Position numbers and translations under genes: made by a program
Shown: piece after piece, positions 39,843 through 49,372 of the stretch
How the letters are laid out: each line of letters starts with the position of its first letter
How positions within the stretch are numbered: the first letter of the stretch is position 1
Notes under the pieces: model-generated
The model's input: only the letters and a program-made list of their open reading frames with translations
Databases searched by the model: none
Told to the model about the DNA's origin: nothing
DNA from: Bacteroidota bacterium
GTDB lineage: Bacteria > Bacteroidota > Bacteroidia > Chitinophagales > LD1
Direction of reading: 5' to 3'
Length of the DNA: 64,000 bases
Assembly (NCBI GenBank): GCA_947479455.1
Contig: CANJZE010000006.1
Span: 2,871-66,870, forward strand

Positions 39843-41996
39843 TTAAAACTTCACCACCTTAAATTCTGTTCTTCTATTAACAGCATGTTCAGCATCGGAA
39901 CATTCAACTTTATCAGTACAACTATTTTTCAATTTTTCTTCACCAAAGCCAATGGCAATTAAATGTGTTTTGTCCACCCCTTGCTTAGCCAGATATTCCA
40001 CACACGCATTTGCTCTAAACGCAGAGAGCATGTAATTATATTTTGCTTTTCCTCGGCTGTCGGTATACGAACTCATTTCTACTTCCAATTCAGGGTTAGC
40101 CCTCATAACTGCGGCTACTTTATCGAGTTCCTTTTTAGCTGAGGTATTTAAATCCCAACTACTATACTCAAAATAAATATTTGGTAAATCGAAGCTTGCT
40201 AAAATTTCGGCATAAGTAAGTGTTACATTTTCGCTAAGCTTTTGTCCTTGCGTTAAACCAACGGTTGAAATAGTTTTTACGAACTTATCGAAAGCACCTT
40301 CCTTGGTAGTCAACGGTTTTGTCACCTTCAAATCATAATCCTTATTACTATACAAATCGAACTTTGTTTTGCCAACCGAATCAGTTTTTTGCTCAACCGT
40401 TTCGCCCGTTTGTTTGTCAATTACAAACACAGTTGCGCCTTCCAATTTGCTTCCATCTTTTTGAGCAACATCAACTATTAAATCAATTCCGCCTCTCGGT
40501 TCGAGAGAAATTATTTTGTTTTCGTTTTTAGCTGACTGAACTTCTAAATTGGTTTCAAAACTTCCGTAGCCATCTTTCGAAGCTTCAATTTTATAGTTGG
40601 CATTTGGAGTAAGATTGAAACAGAAATCGCCTTTCAAATTTGTTTTGCCTTTGGCAGTATCGCCTTGCGAAGAAACAATAACGATATTCACATCCTCCAC
40701 TTCTTTTTTTGTTTTTGCATCAACTACTGTTCCGCAAATACTTTCAGTTTTCTTTAGGAACTTGTAAATATCATCGTCACCTAAACCACCTGGGCGGTTC
40801 GAAACCAAAAAACCATTTCGCAAGGTTTCGTCACTTACATAACCAAAATCATCGTGTGCCGAATTTACAGGTGCGCCTAAATTACGCACGTTAATGAATT
40901 TGTTGCCTGAAGCATTTGCTGAATAAATATCGAGGGCACCAAGACCAACACGTGAATCTGTAGAAAAATAAAGAGAGCCGTCATCGGCAATAAACGGGAA
41001 CATTTCTCTGCCCGGTGTATTGATTTCTTTGCCAAGGTTCACGGGGTTTTCCCAGGTAGTTCCGTTCTTTGCCGAAACATAAATATCTGTTTCGCCAAAA
41101 CCATTTGGCATATCGCTAATGAAATAAAGTTTGTTTCCGGTTTTAGAAAGAGCAGGATGCGCAGTGTTGTAATCAGTGCTATTGAACGGAAGCGGCTGAA
41201 TATTGGTCCAACCTTTCTTTTCGTTCCAATCAGCATGATACAATCCTAAGCTGCGCACTCCGTCAATCCCTTTCTTCTTATAATTCGTGCGTGTAAAAAA
41301 CATTTCGTTTCCATTGGCACTAAAAGTGGCGGGACCTTCATTGAATCTTCGATTAATTTTTCCTTTTAGCTTTTCCACGGGCAACAGATCGCCCGGTGTA
41401 CCGGGTTTTATGCCATACAAATCGTAGTAACCTCTGCCGCTCCACAAGTCAGAAATTTTGATGCCATGCCCCTCTGCCCGATTTGAAGAAAAAATCATAT
41501 TACCATTCCAATAAGCAGGACCAATATCAGATGCATCCGAATTTTCGGGCACGTTGCTGAGTTCATACGTTTTCAAATCTGCAATTAGCGGCATAACATC
41601 TTCACCAAAATTTTCGAATTCATTAGCGCGTGAATCATTGGGAGAAGCAAGCGCGAAGTCTTTATATGCTTTTCCTGCTTCATCATATTTGCCATTGATG
41701 CGAAGCACTTGACCCAAATAAAATTTATTGATTGGCGAAGAAATTGGATTGGCTACAATGGCTTTGTAAATAGCTTCAGCACTGGTGTAATCTTCTTGCA
41801 TCATTAAAGCCATACCCAACTTTTGCCAGGCAGCAGTATCTTTTGTATCAAGATCTACTGCTTTCTTATAACTGGCCGCGGCTTTGCCAAATTTTGAATT
41901 ATGCATTTGCCTATCGCCACGCATGATAAAATCTTGTGCGCTCGCTACACAAACAAGACAAGTAAAAACGAGTAGGATTGAAAATTTTTTCTTCAT
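39843..41996 (-). CDS. OmpA-family protein with TPR, TolB-like beta-propeller and CarboxypepD_reg-like modules
   Basis: Signal peptide, TPR-like N-terminus, WD40/TolB-like repeats (YFSSNR, FFTRTN, YFISDM, YFSTDS). C-terminal OmpA domain (TDSRG...NRRTEFKVV). Confidence 0.88.
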   Translation of the reverse strand: MKKKFSILLVFTCLVCVASAQDFIMRGDRQMHNSKFGKAAASYKKAVDLDTKDTAAWQKLGMALMMQEDYTSAEAIYKAIVANPISSPINKFYLGQVLRINGKYDEAGKAYKDFALASPNDSRANEFENFGEDVMPLIADLKTYELSNVPENSDASDIGPAYWNGNMIFSSNRAEGHGIKISDLWSGRGYYDLYGIKPGTPGDLLPVEKLKGKINRRFNEGPATFSANGNEMFFTRTNYKKKGIDGVRSLGLYHADWNEKKGWTNIQPLPFNSTDYNTAHPALSKTGNKLYFISDMPNGFGETDIYVSAKNGTTWENPVNLGKEINTPGREMFPFIADDGSLYFSTDSRVGLGALDIYSANASGNKFINVRNLGAPVNSAHDDFGYVSDETLRNGFLVSNRPGGLGDDDIYKFLKKTESICGTVVDAKTKKEVEDVNIVIVSSQGDTAKGKTNLKGDFCFNLTPNANYKIEASKDGYGSFETNLEVQSAKNENKIISLEPRGGIDLIVDVAQKDGSKLEGATVFVIDKQTGETVEQKTDSVGKTKFDLYSNKDYDLKVTKPLTTKEGAFDKFVKTISTVGLTQGQKLSENVTLTYAEILASFDLPNIYFEYSSWDLNTSAKKELDKVAAVMRANPELEVEMSSYTDSRGKAKYNYMLSAFRANACVEYLAKQGVDKTHLIAIGFGEEKLKNSCTDKVECSDAEHAVNRRTEFKVVKF

Positions 41997-42022
41997 GAAA
42001 ATTATTTAAACCAATACAAGAT

Positions 42023-42056
42023 CCTTCACTTCGCAAAACTTGCGTTCAGGATGACA
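42023..42056. repeat. variant REP-like element (CCTTCACTTCGCAAAACTTGCGTTCAGGATGACA)
   Basis: Shares the CCTTC...TCAGGATGACA ends with the other copies. Has an internal CGCAA/TTGCG mini-hairpin. Confidence 0.7.
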
Positions 42057-42065
42057 AAACTCCGT

Positions 42066-43076
42066 TTAAAAATATTTTACTTGTCGTGGACTTACAATTT
42101 TTCCTTTGCTAAAATCGAAATCGAAACTGGCCATTATTTCATGTGAACCCGATGTATATTTATTGAGCGTTGAAACCGTAAGGTCGTAGCAATATCCAAT
42201 GCGCAATTGTTTGGTAACGTTTGCGGCCAGCATAAAACCGTAAGAATCGTTTAAACGATAACCCGCACCCAGCCAGATTCTGTCAACAAAAATAAAAGCC
42301 ACATTAAAATCAAAAGTGATAGGCGCATGAACCGGTACATACTTCATTAACACCGAAGGAACAAACTTCACTTTTTTACCAATGCTGAAAACATAGCCAC
42401 CGGTAAACAGCAAATGATAATACTGCCGCGCCACGGTGGTTGACATGGAGAAAACAGAATTGCTTCCGTTGAGTTTGTTAGCGAGAATATGCGGAACAGA
42501 AACGCCCACAAAAAATTTTTCGTTGTAAGCATAAATGCCGAAACCAACATTTGGTAGCCAGCGGTTTACATTACCTGTGAAATTAGGATCGTTGGCATCG
42601 GTGGTAGCTACATCATTTAAATTGCTGCTGTAATTTGTAACACCGGCAGAAATGCCGATGCACAAACGTACTTTCTTTTTCTTACCAATAGGAATTCGAT
42701 ATGCAAAATCTGCATTCACCGAATGGGTTTGCGTAACACCAATGCGGTCGTAACTATAAATCATTCCCAAACCTATTTTTTCGTTCTTCAAAGGCGAGTG
42801 AATAGCAAACGAACCCGACTGCGGCATGCCGGGCATCTTTACCCATTGTGCGCGGTAAATAACCATAGTGTTCAACACCTCGTGACTGCCCGCATAAGCA
42901 GGATTAATATACAAACCGTTGAAACGATACATGCTGTATTCAGCATCCTGCTGCGCATAAGAAAAAGTAGCGGATGATAGAATGAAGAGGAGAAGATTGA
43001 ATCGCAGGGTCTTCACAAAGCCGATAGACGCTACGTTGACAAAAATATAGAAGATAGAAAGTAGAAATTTCCTCAT
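42066..43076 (-). CDS. type IX secretion system membrane protein PorP/SprF family
   Basis: AQQDAEYSMYRFNGLYINPAYAGS N-terminal signature and beta-barrel pattern. Paired with the OmpA-family gene downstream. Confidence 0.85.
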   Translation of the reverse strand: MRKFLLSIFYIFVNVASIGFVKTLRFNLLLFILSSATFSYAQQDAEYSMYRFNGLYINPAYAGSHEVLNTMVIYRAQWVKMPGMPQSGSFAIHSPLKNEKIGLGMIYSYDRIGVTQTHSVNADFAYRIPIGKKKKVRLCIGISAGVTNYSSNLNDVATTDANDPNFTGNVNRWLPNVGFGIYAYNEKFFVGVSVPHILANKLNGSNSVFSMSTTVARQYYHLLFTGGYVFSIGKKVKFVPSVLMKYVPVHAPITFDFNVAFIFVDRIWLGAGYRLNDSYGFMLAANVTKQLRIGYCYDLTVSTLNKYTSGSHEIMASFDFDFSKGKIVSPRQVKYF

Positions 43077-43190
43077 GCTGCTATTTGAAACCGAACAAAG
43101 ATAAACGCAGAAAATTGAGAGCGAAAAAATTTATCTACAACACTCCATCAAATCGTTTTACGTCAATTGCAAAAGAGTTGTTCAGAAACT

Positions 43191-43198
43191 TATTTTTG
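43191..43198 (+). promoter_or_regulatory. candidate -7 box TATTTTTG upstream of hisS
   Basis: Matches TAnnTTTG. A TTG lies about 21 nt upstream. The motif ends 4 nt before the hisS ATG, implying a very short or absent leader. Confidence 0.3.
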
Positions 43199-43202
43199 AG
43201 CC

Positions 43203-44561
43203 ATGAGTGATGTGAAACGAATTAAACCGAGCTTAAGCAAAGGCACCCGCGATTTTTTGCCAAGTGAAGTGGCAAAGCGCAATTATATTTTCAATACAAT
43301 TAAGAGCGTGTTGCGCAAATACGGTTTTGAAGAAATTGAAACACCCGCTATTGAAAAGTTAGAAACACTTACAGGAAAGTATGGTGAGGAAGGAGATAAA
43401 TTGTTGTTTAAGATTTTGAACAGCGGAGATTACCTAACCGAAATACGTAACGGGAAATACGAAATACGAAATTTAGATCCTAAAGAAATTACTCCCCTCA
43501 TAGCTGAAAAAGGTTTGCGTTACGACCTCACTGTTCCTCTTGCTCGCTATGTGGTGCAACATCAGGATGATTTAGCTTTCCCTTTCAAGCGCTTTCATAT
43601 TGGTCCGGTTTGGAGAGCTGATAGACCACAAAAAGGACGCTATCAAGAATTTTATCAGTGCGATGCAGATGTAATTGGAAGTAATTCGCTTTTGAATGAA
43701 GTGGAGTTAACAAAAATTTATGTGGAGGTTCTTTCACAATTGCGAATTGCCAATTGCAAGATTCGAATTAATAGCCGTAAAATTCTTGAGGCTTTAGCCG
43801 AGTATGCCAACTGCAAAGATTTGATTACAGTTATAACTGTGGTGATTGATAAACTTGACAAGATTGGCATAGAGGGAGTAAAAACAGAGTTAAACAAGCT
43901 GAATCTTTCGCAAGTTCAACAGGAAAAAATTTTAGCTCTTCTTCAAACGAAAACATTAACAGAGCTGAGTTCTGTTTTAGGCAACATTGAAAAAGGCAAA
44001 AAGGGTATTGAAGAACTGAATCTAACTTTCAAAAACGTAAACTCTAAAAATTTATTTTTTGACATTACCCTTGCGAGAGGATTGAACTATTACACCGGAA
44101 TTATTTGGGAAGTAGTTTGTAACGATGTTCAAATCGGTTCCCTCGGTGGTGGAGGGCGTTATGATAACCTGACCGAAATGTTTGGCGCACAAAATATGAG
44201 CGGAGTGGGTATTTCATTCGGCATTGAACGCATTTACGATGTCCTTGAAGAACTACAACTGTTTCCTGAAAATATTACACAAGGCGTAAAAGTATTGTTC
44301 GTACCGCGCGAAGAATCAGTTGAGGAATTTACTTTTCAACAAGTACAGCTACTACGCGATGCTGGCATAGCAGCCGAAATTTTTCTCGGCAACGTTAAGA
44401 AGCAGAAACAATTCAATTATGTAGAGCAAAAACACATTGCCTACCTAGTAGAAATAGGCGGTAATGAAGTGCAATCGGGCAAGTTCCGTTTGCGCAATTC
44501 GCAAACACGCGACACCGAAGTTGATCTCACCACCGATGATATAATCAGCCGACTTTCCTGA
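43203..44561 (+). CDS. hisS: histidine--tRNA ligase
   Basis: Class II motifs (GTRDFLP, LRYDLTVPLARY, FHIGPVWRADRPQKGRYQEFYQCD, GGGRYD..., GISFGIER). Confidence 0.95.
   Translation: MSDVKRIKPSLSKGTRDFLPSEVAKRNYIFNTIKSVLRKYGFEEIETPAIEKLETLTGKYGEEGDKLLFKILNSGDYLTEIRNGKYEIRNLDPKEITPLIAEKGLRYDLTVPLARYVVQHQDDLAFPFKRFHIGPVWRADRPQKGRYQEFYQCDADVIGSNSLLNEVELTKIYVEVLSQLRIANCKIRINSRKILEALAEYANCKDLITVITVVIDKLDKIGIEGVKTELNKLNLSQVQQEKILALLQTKTLTELSSVLGNIEKGKKGIEELNLTFKNVNSKNLFFDITLARGLNYYTGIIWEVVCNDVQIGSLGGGGRYDNLTEMFGAQNMSGVGISFGIERIYDVLEELQLFPENITQGVKVLFVPREESVEEFTFQQVQLLRDAGIAAEIFLGNVKKQKQFNYVEQKHIAYLVEIGGNEVQSGKFRLRNSQTRDTEVDLTTDDIISRLS
43439..43473 (+). repeat. heptamer array inside hisS (CGAAATA CGTAACG GGAAATA CGAAATA CGAAATT)
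   Basis: Read directly. Encodes EIRNGKYEIRN. Confidence 0.8.
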
Positions 44562-44727
44562 AATAATCAGACCGCGATTAAACTATTATCAAAAAAATCG
44601 CGTCTTGGTATAAACATTGTTTAAACAATGACTTGACTTTGGTTCTCATAGGATTTAAATTGCGTAGCATTTTGATTCGAACCACCAGTTGAAACGTAAT
44701 TTACTAATTGACCTTTTCATCCTGAAC

Positions 44728-45954
44728 ATGAAAAAAATCGGATTGTTATTCTTACTGATTTCCTATTTTTCTAACAGCACTTTTGCAAATGTTGGAAAGA
44801 AACAAATTCGATTAAGGCTGCTCGATACACTGAGCACTGTATATGACGAAACCAATATTTATCTCGATTTAGGTTCAACCCCGGCATACTTATATCCAGA
44901 AGACGGACAAAAAATTGTTGACACTTCTTCGGGTGCTCCTTATATATATTCTTTCACTTCTAATAATGTTACTTGCTTTTCTAACAGCTACGGAAGCTTT
45001 ACAGGACCTGTGAATATTCCAATAGGATTCCGAGTAGGAACAAGCGGCACTTTTCGTTTTATGACTACGCTGCTCGATAATTTTGACCAAACAAGTATTA
45101 TCCAGTTAGAAGATAAAACACTTGGCATTTTTCATGATTTGCGACTCGGAGATTTTGAGCTTGATTTTACACAGGCTCAAACAGACGACAACAGATTTGT
45201 TTTGCACATCTCCTACCCGGCAATAATTACAACAGCCGATGCAGATTGTAATAACGCAAATGCAATCATCACGGTTACTCAAGATACCAGCATAGCTTGG
45301 TCGCTTTGCGCCTTGTATGATGACAGCTTGAATCAATTGGGTTCTTTTACAAACATTAATGGCGTGTTCAATTTTTCATTGTTGCCCGAAGGCGACTACA
45401 ATCTTGTTTTTGGATTTGGCGTTTATAGCACCATCGTTCCGGTTTCGGTAAGTGGGCATCAAATTTTAGTGAATGCTACAGCGTCTAAATACTACGCCAA
45501 TGTGAACGAGTTCATACATTTCTCTGCCTTTACGTCACATGTGAACGACTACGTTTGGGATTTTGGTGATGGAACTATTATTACTGGTGTAGCCAATACT
45601 GATAATTATTACCCAACAGCTGGAGAATATTTAGTGAGTGTTACTTGTTCCAATTCTTATGGCTGTTCTGCTGAGGATACATTTAGTGTTTTCATAGCAA
45701 CATCAACAGGAGCTACTACACTGAATGGAGATTTGATTTCGATTAACGCGGAAGGGAAACATCTTACCGTTATAAATAGAAGTGATGAAGAATTGACAAT
45801 TCAAATTTTCAATACCGCAGGAAGTTTGCTTGATTGCAGAATGATTACAACTTCTACTTTGGATATCAACTTACCTTCTCTTGCATCCGGTGTGTATATC
45901 GTGCAATTGAAAAGCACTAACAGAAATTTGACGAAAAGAGTTTTTCTAGATTGA
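44728..45954 (+). CDS. secreted PKD-domain protein with T9SS C-terminal sorting domain
   Basis: Signal peptide from ATG 44728. PKD-like WDFGDGT...Y..AGEY.V. C-terminal CTD (LTIQIFNTAGSLL...GVYIVQLKS...KRVFLD). Confidence 0.8.
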   Translation: MKKIGLLFLLISYFSNSTFANVGKKQIRLRLLDTLSTVYDETNIYLDLGSTPAYLYPEDGQKIVDTSSGAPYIYSFTSNNVTCFSNSYGSFTGPVNIPIGFRVGTSGTFRFMTTLLDNFDQTSIIQLEDKTLGIFHDLRLGDFELDFTQAQTDDNRFVLHISYPAIITTADADCNNANAIITVTQDTSIAWSLCALYDDSLNQLGSFTNINGVFNFSLLPEGDYNLVFGFGVYSTIVPVSVSGHQILVNATASKYYANVNEFIHFSAFTSHVNDYVWDFGDGTIITGVANTDNYYPTAGEYLVSVTCSNSYGCSAEDTFSVFIATSTGATTLNGDLISINAEGKHLTVINRSDEELTIQIFNTAGSLLDCRMITTSTLDINLPSLASGVYIVQLKSTNRNLTKRVFLD

Positions 45955-45963
45955 TTGATTATG

Positions 45964-46025
45964 TGTCACGCTGAACTTGTCGAAGCGTATTCTCACAAAT
46001 ATCCTTCGACAAGCTCAGGATGACA
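45964..46025. repeat. REP-like hairpin element (TGTCACGCTGAACTTGTCGAAGC ... CCTTCGACAAGCTCAGGATGACA)
   Basis: Two inverted arms read directly, upstream of hutH. Confidence 0.85.
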
Positions 46026-46108
46026 TTTTTCACTCAATTTTCCTTTCGATGTTTCTTCTGCATTATTTCAAAGAAGAGATACATTTGGCCCCTATTACTT
46101 AAAGCTGA

Positions 46109-47599
46109 ATGAGCACTTTTACCATTACCAACCAACCTATTAGTTTAAATGACCTTCGCAATTTTCTTGCGGATGGAAATCAAATTAAACTGAGTGACGA
46201 ATCGAAGAAGAAAATTGATTCGTGTCGCAAATTTTTAGAAAAGAAAATTGGAGAGCCGGGAGCTAGATATTACGGAATCAATACAGGTTTTGGAGCTTTG
46301 TGCGATGTGGAGATTGCACCTGACCAACTCGAACAATTACAAGAAAATTTAGTAATGAGCCATGCCTGCGGCATGGGCGATGAAGTAAAAAATGAAGTAG
46401 TGAAACTGATGTTACTTCTAAAAATGAAAGGTCTTGCACAGGGGCATTCGGGAGTAACAGTTGAAACGGTTGAAAAAATTGCCGAGCTTTTCAATGCAGA
46501 AATTTTCCCCATCATTTGGGAAGTAGGTTCGCTTGGTGCCAGTGGTGATTTAGCTCCGTTGGCACATCTTACTCTTCCGCTTATTGGTAAAGGCACTGTT
46601 CGTTACAAAGGCGAAAAGAGAAATGCCGCTGAAGTATTAACAGAGAAAAATATTTCTCCAATAAAATTGAAAGCAAAGGAAGGACTTGCACTATTGAACG
46701 GAACACAATTCATGAGCGCGTGGGGGTGCTACTCACTTATAGAGGCAGAGCGTGTGGAGAGATTGGCAGACTTTACAGCAGCAGTTTCGGTCGATGCTTT
46801 TGACGCGCAAACAAATCCGTTTCATCCGGCTATTCAACAGGTAAGAAATCACCAAGGGCAAATTGAAAGCGCGCAGAATGTTTTAAAATTTTTAGAAGGA
46901 AGCGAAATTTCCAATCAAGCCAAGGACAATGTGCAGGACCCTTATTCGTTTCGTTGCGTGCCTCAAGTTCATGGTGCAGTGAAATATGCCATTACTCAAG
47001 TGCGCGATGTTTTTGAAAGAGAAATAAATGCGGTGACCGATAATCCATTAATTTTTGAAGAAGAAAATTTAATTCTGAGCGGTGGAAATTTTCATGGCGA
47101 ACCCTTGGCAATTGGCTTAGACTATTTAGGAATAGCGATGAGTGAATTGGCGAGTATTTCTGAGCGAAGAACGTTTCAATTGATTTCAGGCAAAAGAAAT
47201 TTGCCTAAATTTTTGGTGAATGATTCGGGTTTAAATTCCGGATTAATGATTCCGCAATACACCGCTGCTTCTATTGTTTCTATGAATAAACAATTGGCTA
47301 CTCCTGCCAGTGTAGATACGATTACTTCAAGCGATGGACAAGAAGACCACGTAAGCATGGGTGCAAATGCCGCAGTAAAAACTTACAAGATTGTTTACAA
47401 CATTGAAAAAGTTTTAGCCATCGAGTTTATGACGGCTATGCAGGCACTTGACTTTCGCAAACCTTTAAAAAGTTCCCCGTTGATTGAAAAAATAAAATCT
47501 GATTATCGTAAGGTTGTTCCCTTCTACGACAAAGACAGAATTATTTACGATGACATTCAGATGACCGTAGACTTTATGCGTGGATTAACTTTGGCTTGA
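46109..47599 (+). CDS. hutH: histidine ammonia-lyase
   Basis: MIO-forming GSLGASGDLAPLAH motif; NGTQ and FHGEP regions. 496 aa. Confidence 0.95.
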   Translation: MSTFTITNQPISLNDLRNFLADGNQIKLSDESKKKIDSCRKFLEKKIGEPGARYYGINTGFGALCDVEIAPDQLEQLQENLVMSHACGMGDEVKNEVVKLMLLLKMKGLAQGHSGVTVETVEKIAELFNAEIFPIIWEVGSLGASGDLAPLAHLTLPLIGKGTVRYKGEKRNAAEVLTEKNISPIKLKAKEGLALLNGTQFMSAWGCYSLIEAERVERLADFTAAVSVDAFDAQTNPFHPAIQQVRNHQGQIESAQNVLKFLEGSEISNQAKDNVQDPYSFRCVPQVHGAVKYAITQVRDVFEREINAVTDNPLIFEEENLILSGGNFHGEPLAIGLDYLGIAMSELASISERRTFQLISGKRNLPKFLVNDSGLNSGLMIPQYTAASIVSMNKQLATPASVDTITSSDGQEDHVSMGANAAVKTYKIVYNIEKVLAIEFMTAMQALDFRKPLKSSPLIEKIKSDYRKVVPFYDKDRIIYDDIQMTVDFMRGLTLA

Positions 47600-48136
47600 A
47601 CCTGCTGAAGAGAGATAATATTTTTTTATCGTTTCTAAGTGATGTCCATTGTGATGTATGGTGAAGTAAGCCAACTCGCGAACGGTAAGCAATCCTAAAA
47701 TAGGATGCGAAATTTGATAATGGTCGAGTTGTTCATCGTTCCATTTTTCGGCAATAGCACGAATTAAATTTTCGCCTTCGGCTTGCAGTTTATTATTCAG
47801 CTTTTCTTTTTCGTAGTTGGTTTTTTTGGGCACATAAACTCCTGTTGCCTTTGCTCCGCCTTCCAATTTTTTCTCATAGTTCTCTACAATTTTTAAATAG
47901 CTATGTGAGGCGTGACCTGGTTTTCCATAGAGTAGAACAGGAAGAAATTTAGGCAACACAAAAGCCATCGTGGTCATTTTTGTTGCTCGAACCAGATGTG
48001 AAATGTTTTCTGCTGTTGTCCATTTGTTTTCTTTCGAGATGTTGAACATTTCGTTGCTCACTGCCGATGAAGCAGCAATAAGCGAATCGAAATTATCTTT
48101 CAACTCGTTAATGATTTGGTCTTTTGATTTTCGCAT
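47585..48136 (-). CDS. DinB-family protein
   Basis: Four-helix DinB pattern with His triad candidates (ISHLV..., ...HPILG..., HHNGHHLETI). Confidence 0.8.
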   Translation of the reverse strand: MRKSKDQIINELKDNFDSLIAASSAVSNEMFNISKENKWTTAENISHLVRATKMTTMAFVLPKFLPVLLYGKPGHASHSYLKIVENYEKKLEGGAKATGVYVPKKTNYEKEKLNNKLQAEGENLIRAIAEKWNDEQLDHYQISHPILGLLTVRELAYFTIHHNGHHLETIKKYYLSSAGSSQS

Positions 48137-48182
48137 TTGTCTATGAATTAATAAAGAGACTTCTTGTGTGAAGGTTTATTGT

Positions 48183-49349
48183 TTAAAGTTTCTGCTCATC
48201 CCAATACCAGCTAAAGGCATCAAGAAATTTTTTCATTTCGTTTGCGTCCGTTAACAATGCGATTTTAAAACTTGGACGTGCATTAATTTTGCTCTCAGGT
48301 ATTGATACCCCTTTTATAGAATTAAGTTTATCTAGTAGTTCCATACGCCTTTCTTCCTTGTCAAAAGGCGGTCTGCCTTTCATGTGCTGAAAATAAATTT
48401 CAACTATTCCATTCGTCCAAATTGCAAAACAAAATCTACTTAAATCTTTTGTTTTAAGAATTGGTGCAAACGAACCTTGTTTACCAACGCCATAATAGAA
48501 ATAAGTCACTTTGGGTTTTATCCAATCAAAAATTTTACGTGCAGCTTCTGTTTCTTTTTGACCTTGTTGGCGCACCAATTCAGCAAAGAACGTTTCCTCA
48601 GTCCAATGCTCCTCTGCACCTTGTTGCTTACCCTTAACTATTTGAGCATTTGAAGTCATACCAATTACTCTTGGCACCAGCGTCTTGAGGTCTTGTCCAA
48701 TAAACTGTTTTATCTCAACCCCTAATATTTCAGCCGGTGTCATTTGCTCGTTCAAAAACTCAATGATGCGCTGAAGTTCTTTCGGTATAACATCAGCAAT
48801 AATCAGCAATCGAATTTTACCAGCTTTGAGATTTGTTTTTGTGGTTTCCCAAAAAGCTGTTGGTTCTGTTTCATTTCTTAAAAATTCACTAAGAGTAGTT
48901 TCTGAATCAAGATTGTTTTCCTTACAACTTTCTTCAAAACGAAATTTTATCTCTTCAATTGTCCAATATGAAACTGCGTTTGCGGCATAATCAAAAATTT
49001 GACCAATTACTTCTCTCCTAATTCTTGTATCCGTACTTCTTTTTACTTCTACCAAAGTTGGTATTCCATCTTGATCAATAAATAAATGATCCAAACTCCA
49101 ACGATGTCCGTTATCTTTTTCATCTGGCACACCAAACTCACGCGAAATCAAAAGCCATCTTCTCGGTCGCTCAGGGTTTATTTGACTTCCTGAAATAAGT
49201 GAGGGATAATCAGCAAGAAGCTTCTGAAGCAAATCTTCTGTTAGATACGTAGCCTCGTTCATCTCTACGAGTTGCCCATTGCTGTTAAGCAGAAAAATAG
49301 TTTCGTTCACGGTTGTTGTTTTTGTGATTATCAAATATATGAACAGCAA
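48183..49349 (-). CDS. PD-(D/E)xK (RecB/Cas4-like) nuclease-fold protein with uncharacterised C-terminal domain
   Basis: SLDHLFIDQDGIPTLVEVKRSTD (D...ExK) followed by GQIFDYAA (QxxxY). The true start is uncertain (a GTG giving VNETIFLL is possible). Confidence 0.55.
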   Translation of the reverse strand: MLFIYLIITKTTTVNETIFLLNSNGQLVEMNEATYLTEDLLQKLLADYPSLISGSQINPERPRRWLLISREFGVPDEKDNGHRWSLDHLFIDQDGIPTLVEVKRSTDTRIRREVIGQIFDYAANAVSYWTIEEIKFRFEESCKENNLDSETTLSEFLRNETEPTAFWETTKTNLKAGKIRLLIIADVIPKELQRIIEFLNEQMTPAEILGVEIKQFIGQDLKTLVPRVIGMTSNAQIVKGKQQGAEEHWTEETFFAELVRQQGQKETEAARKIFDWIKPKVTYFYYGVGKQGSFAPILKTKDLSRFCFAIWTNGIVEIYFQHMKGRPPFDKEERRMELLDKLNSIKGVSIPESKINARPSFKIALLTDANEMKKFLDAFSWYWDEQKL

Positions 49350-49372
49350 CTTCGAAAAACATTTATTTTAAG

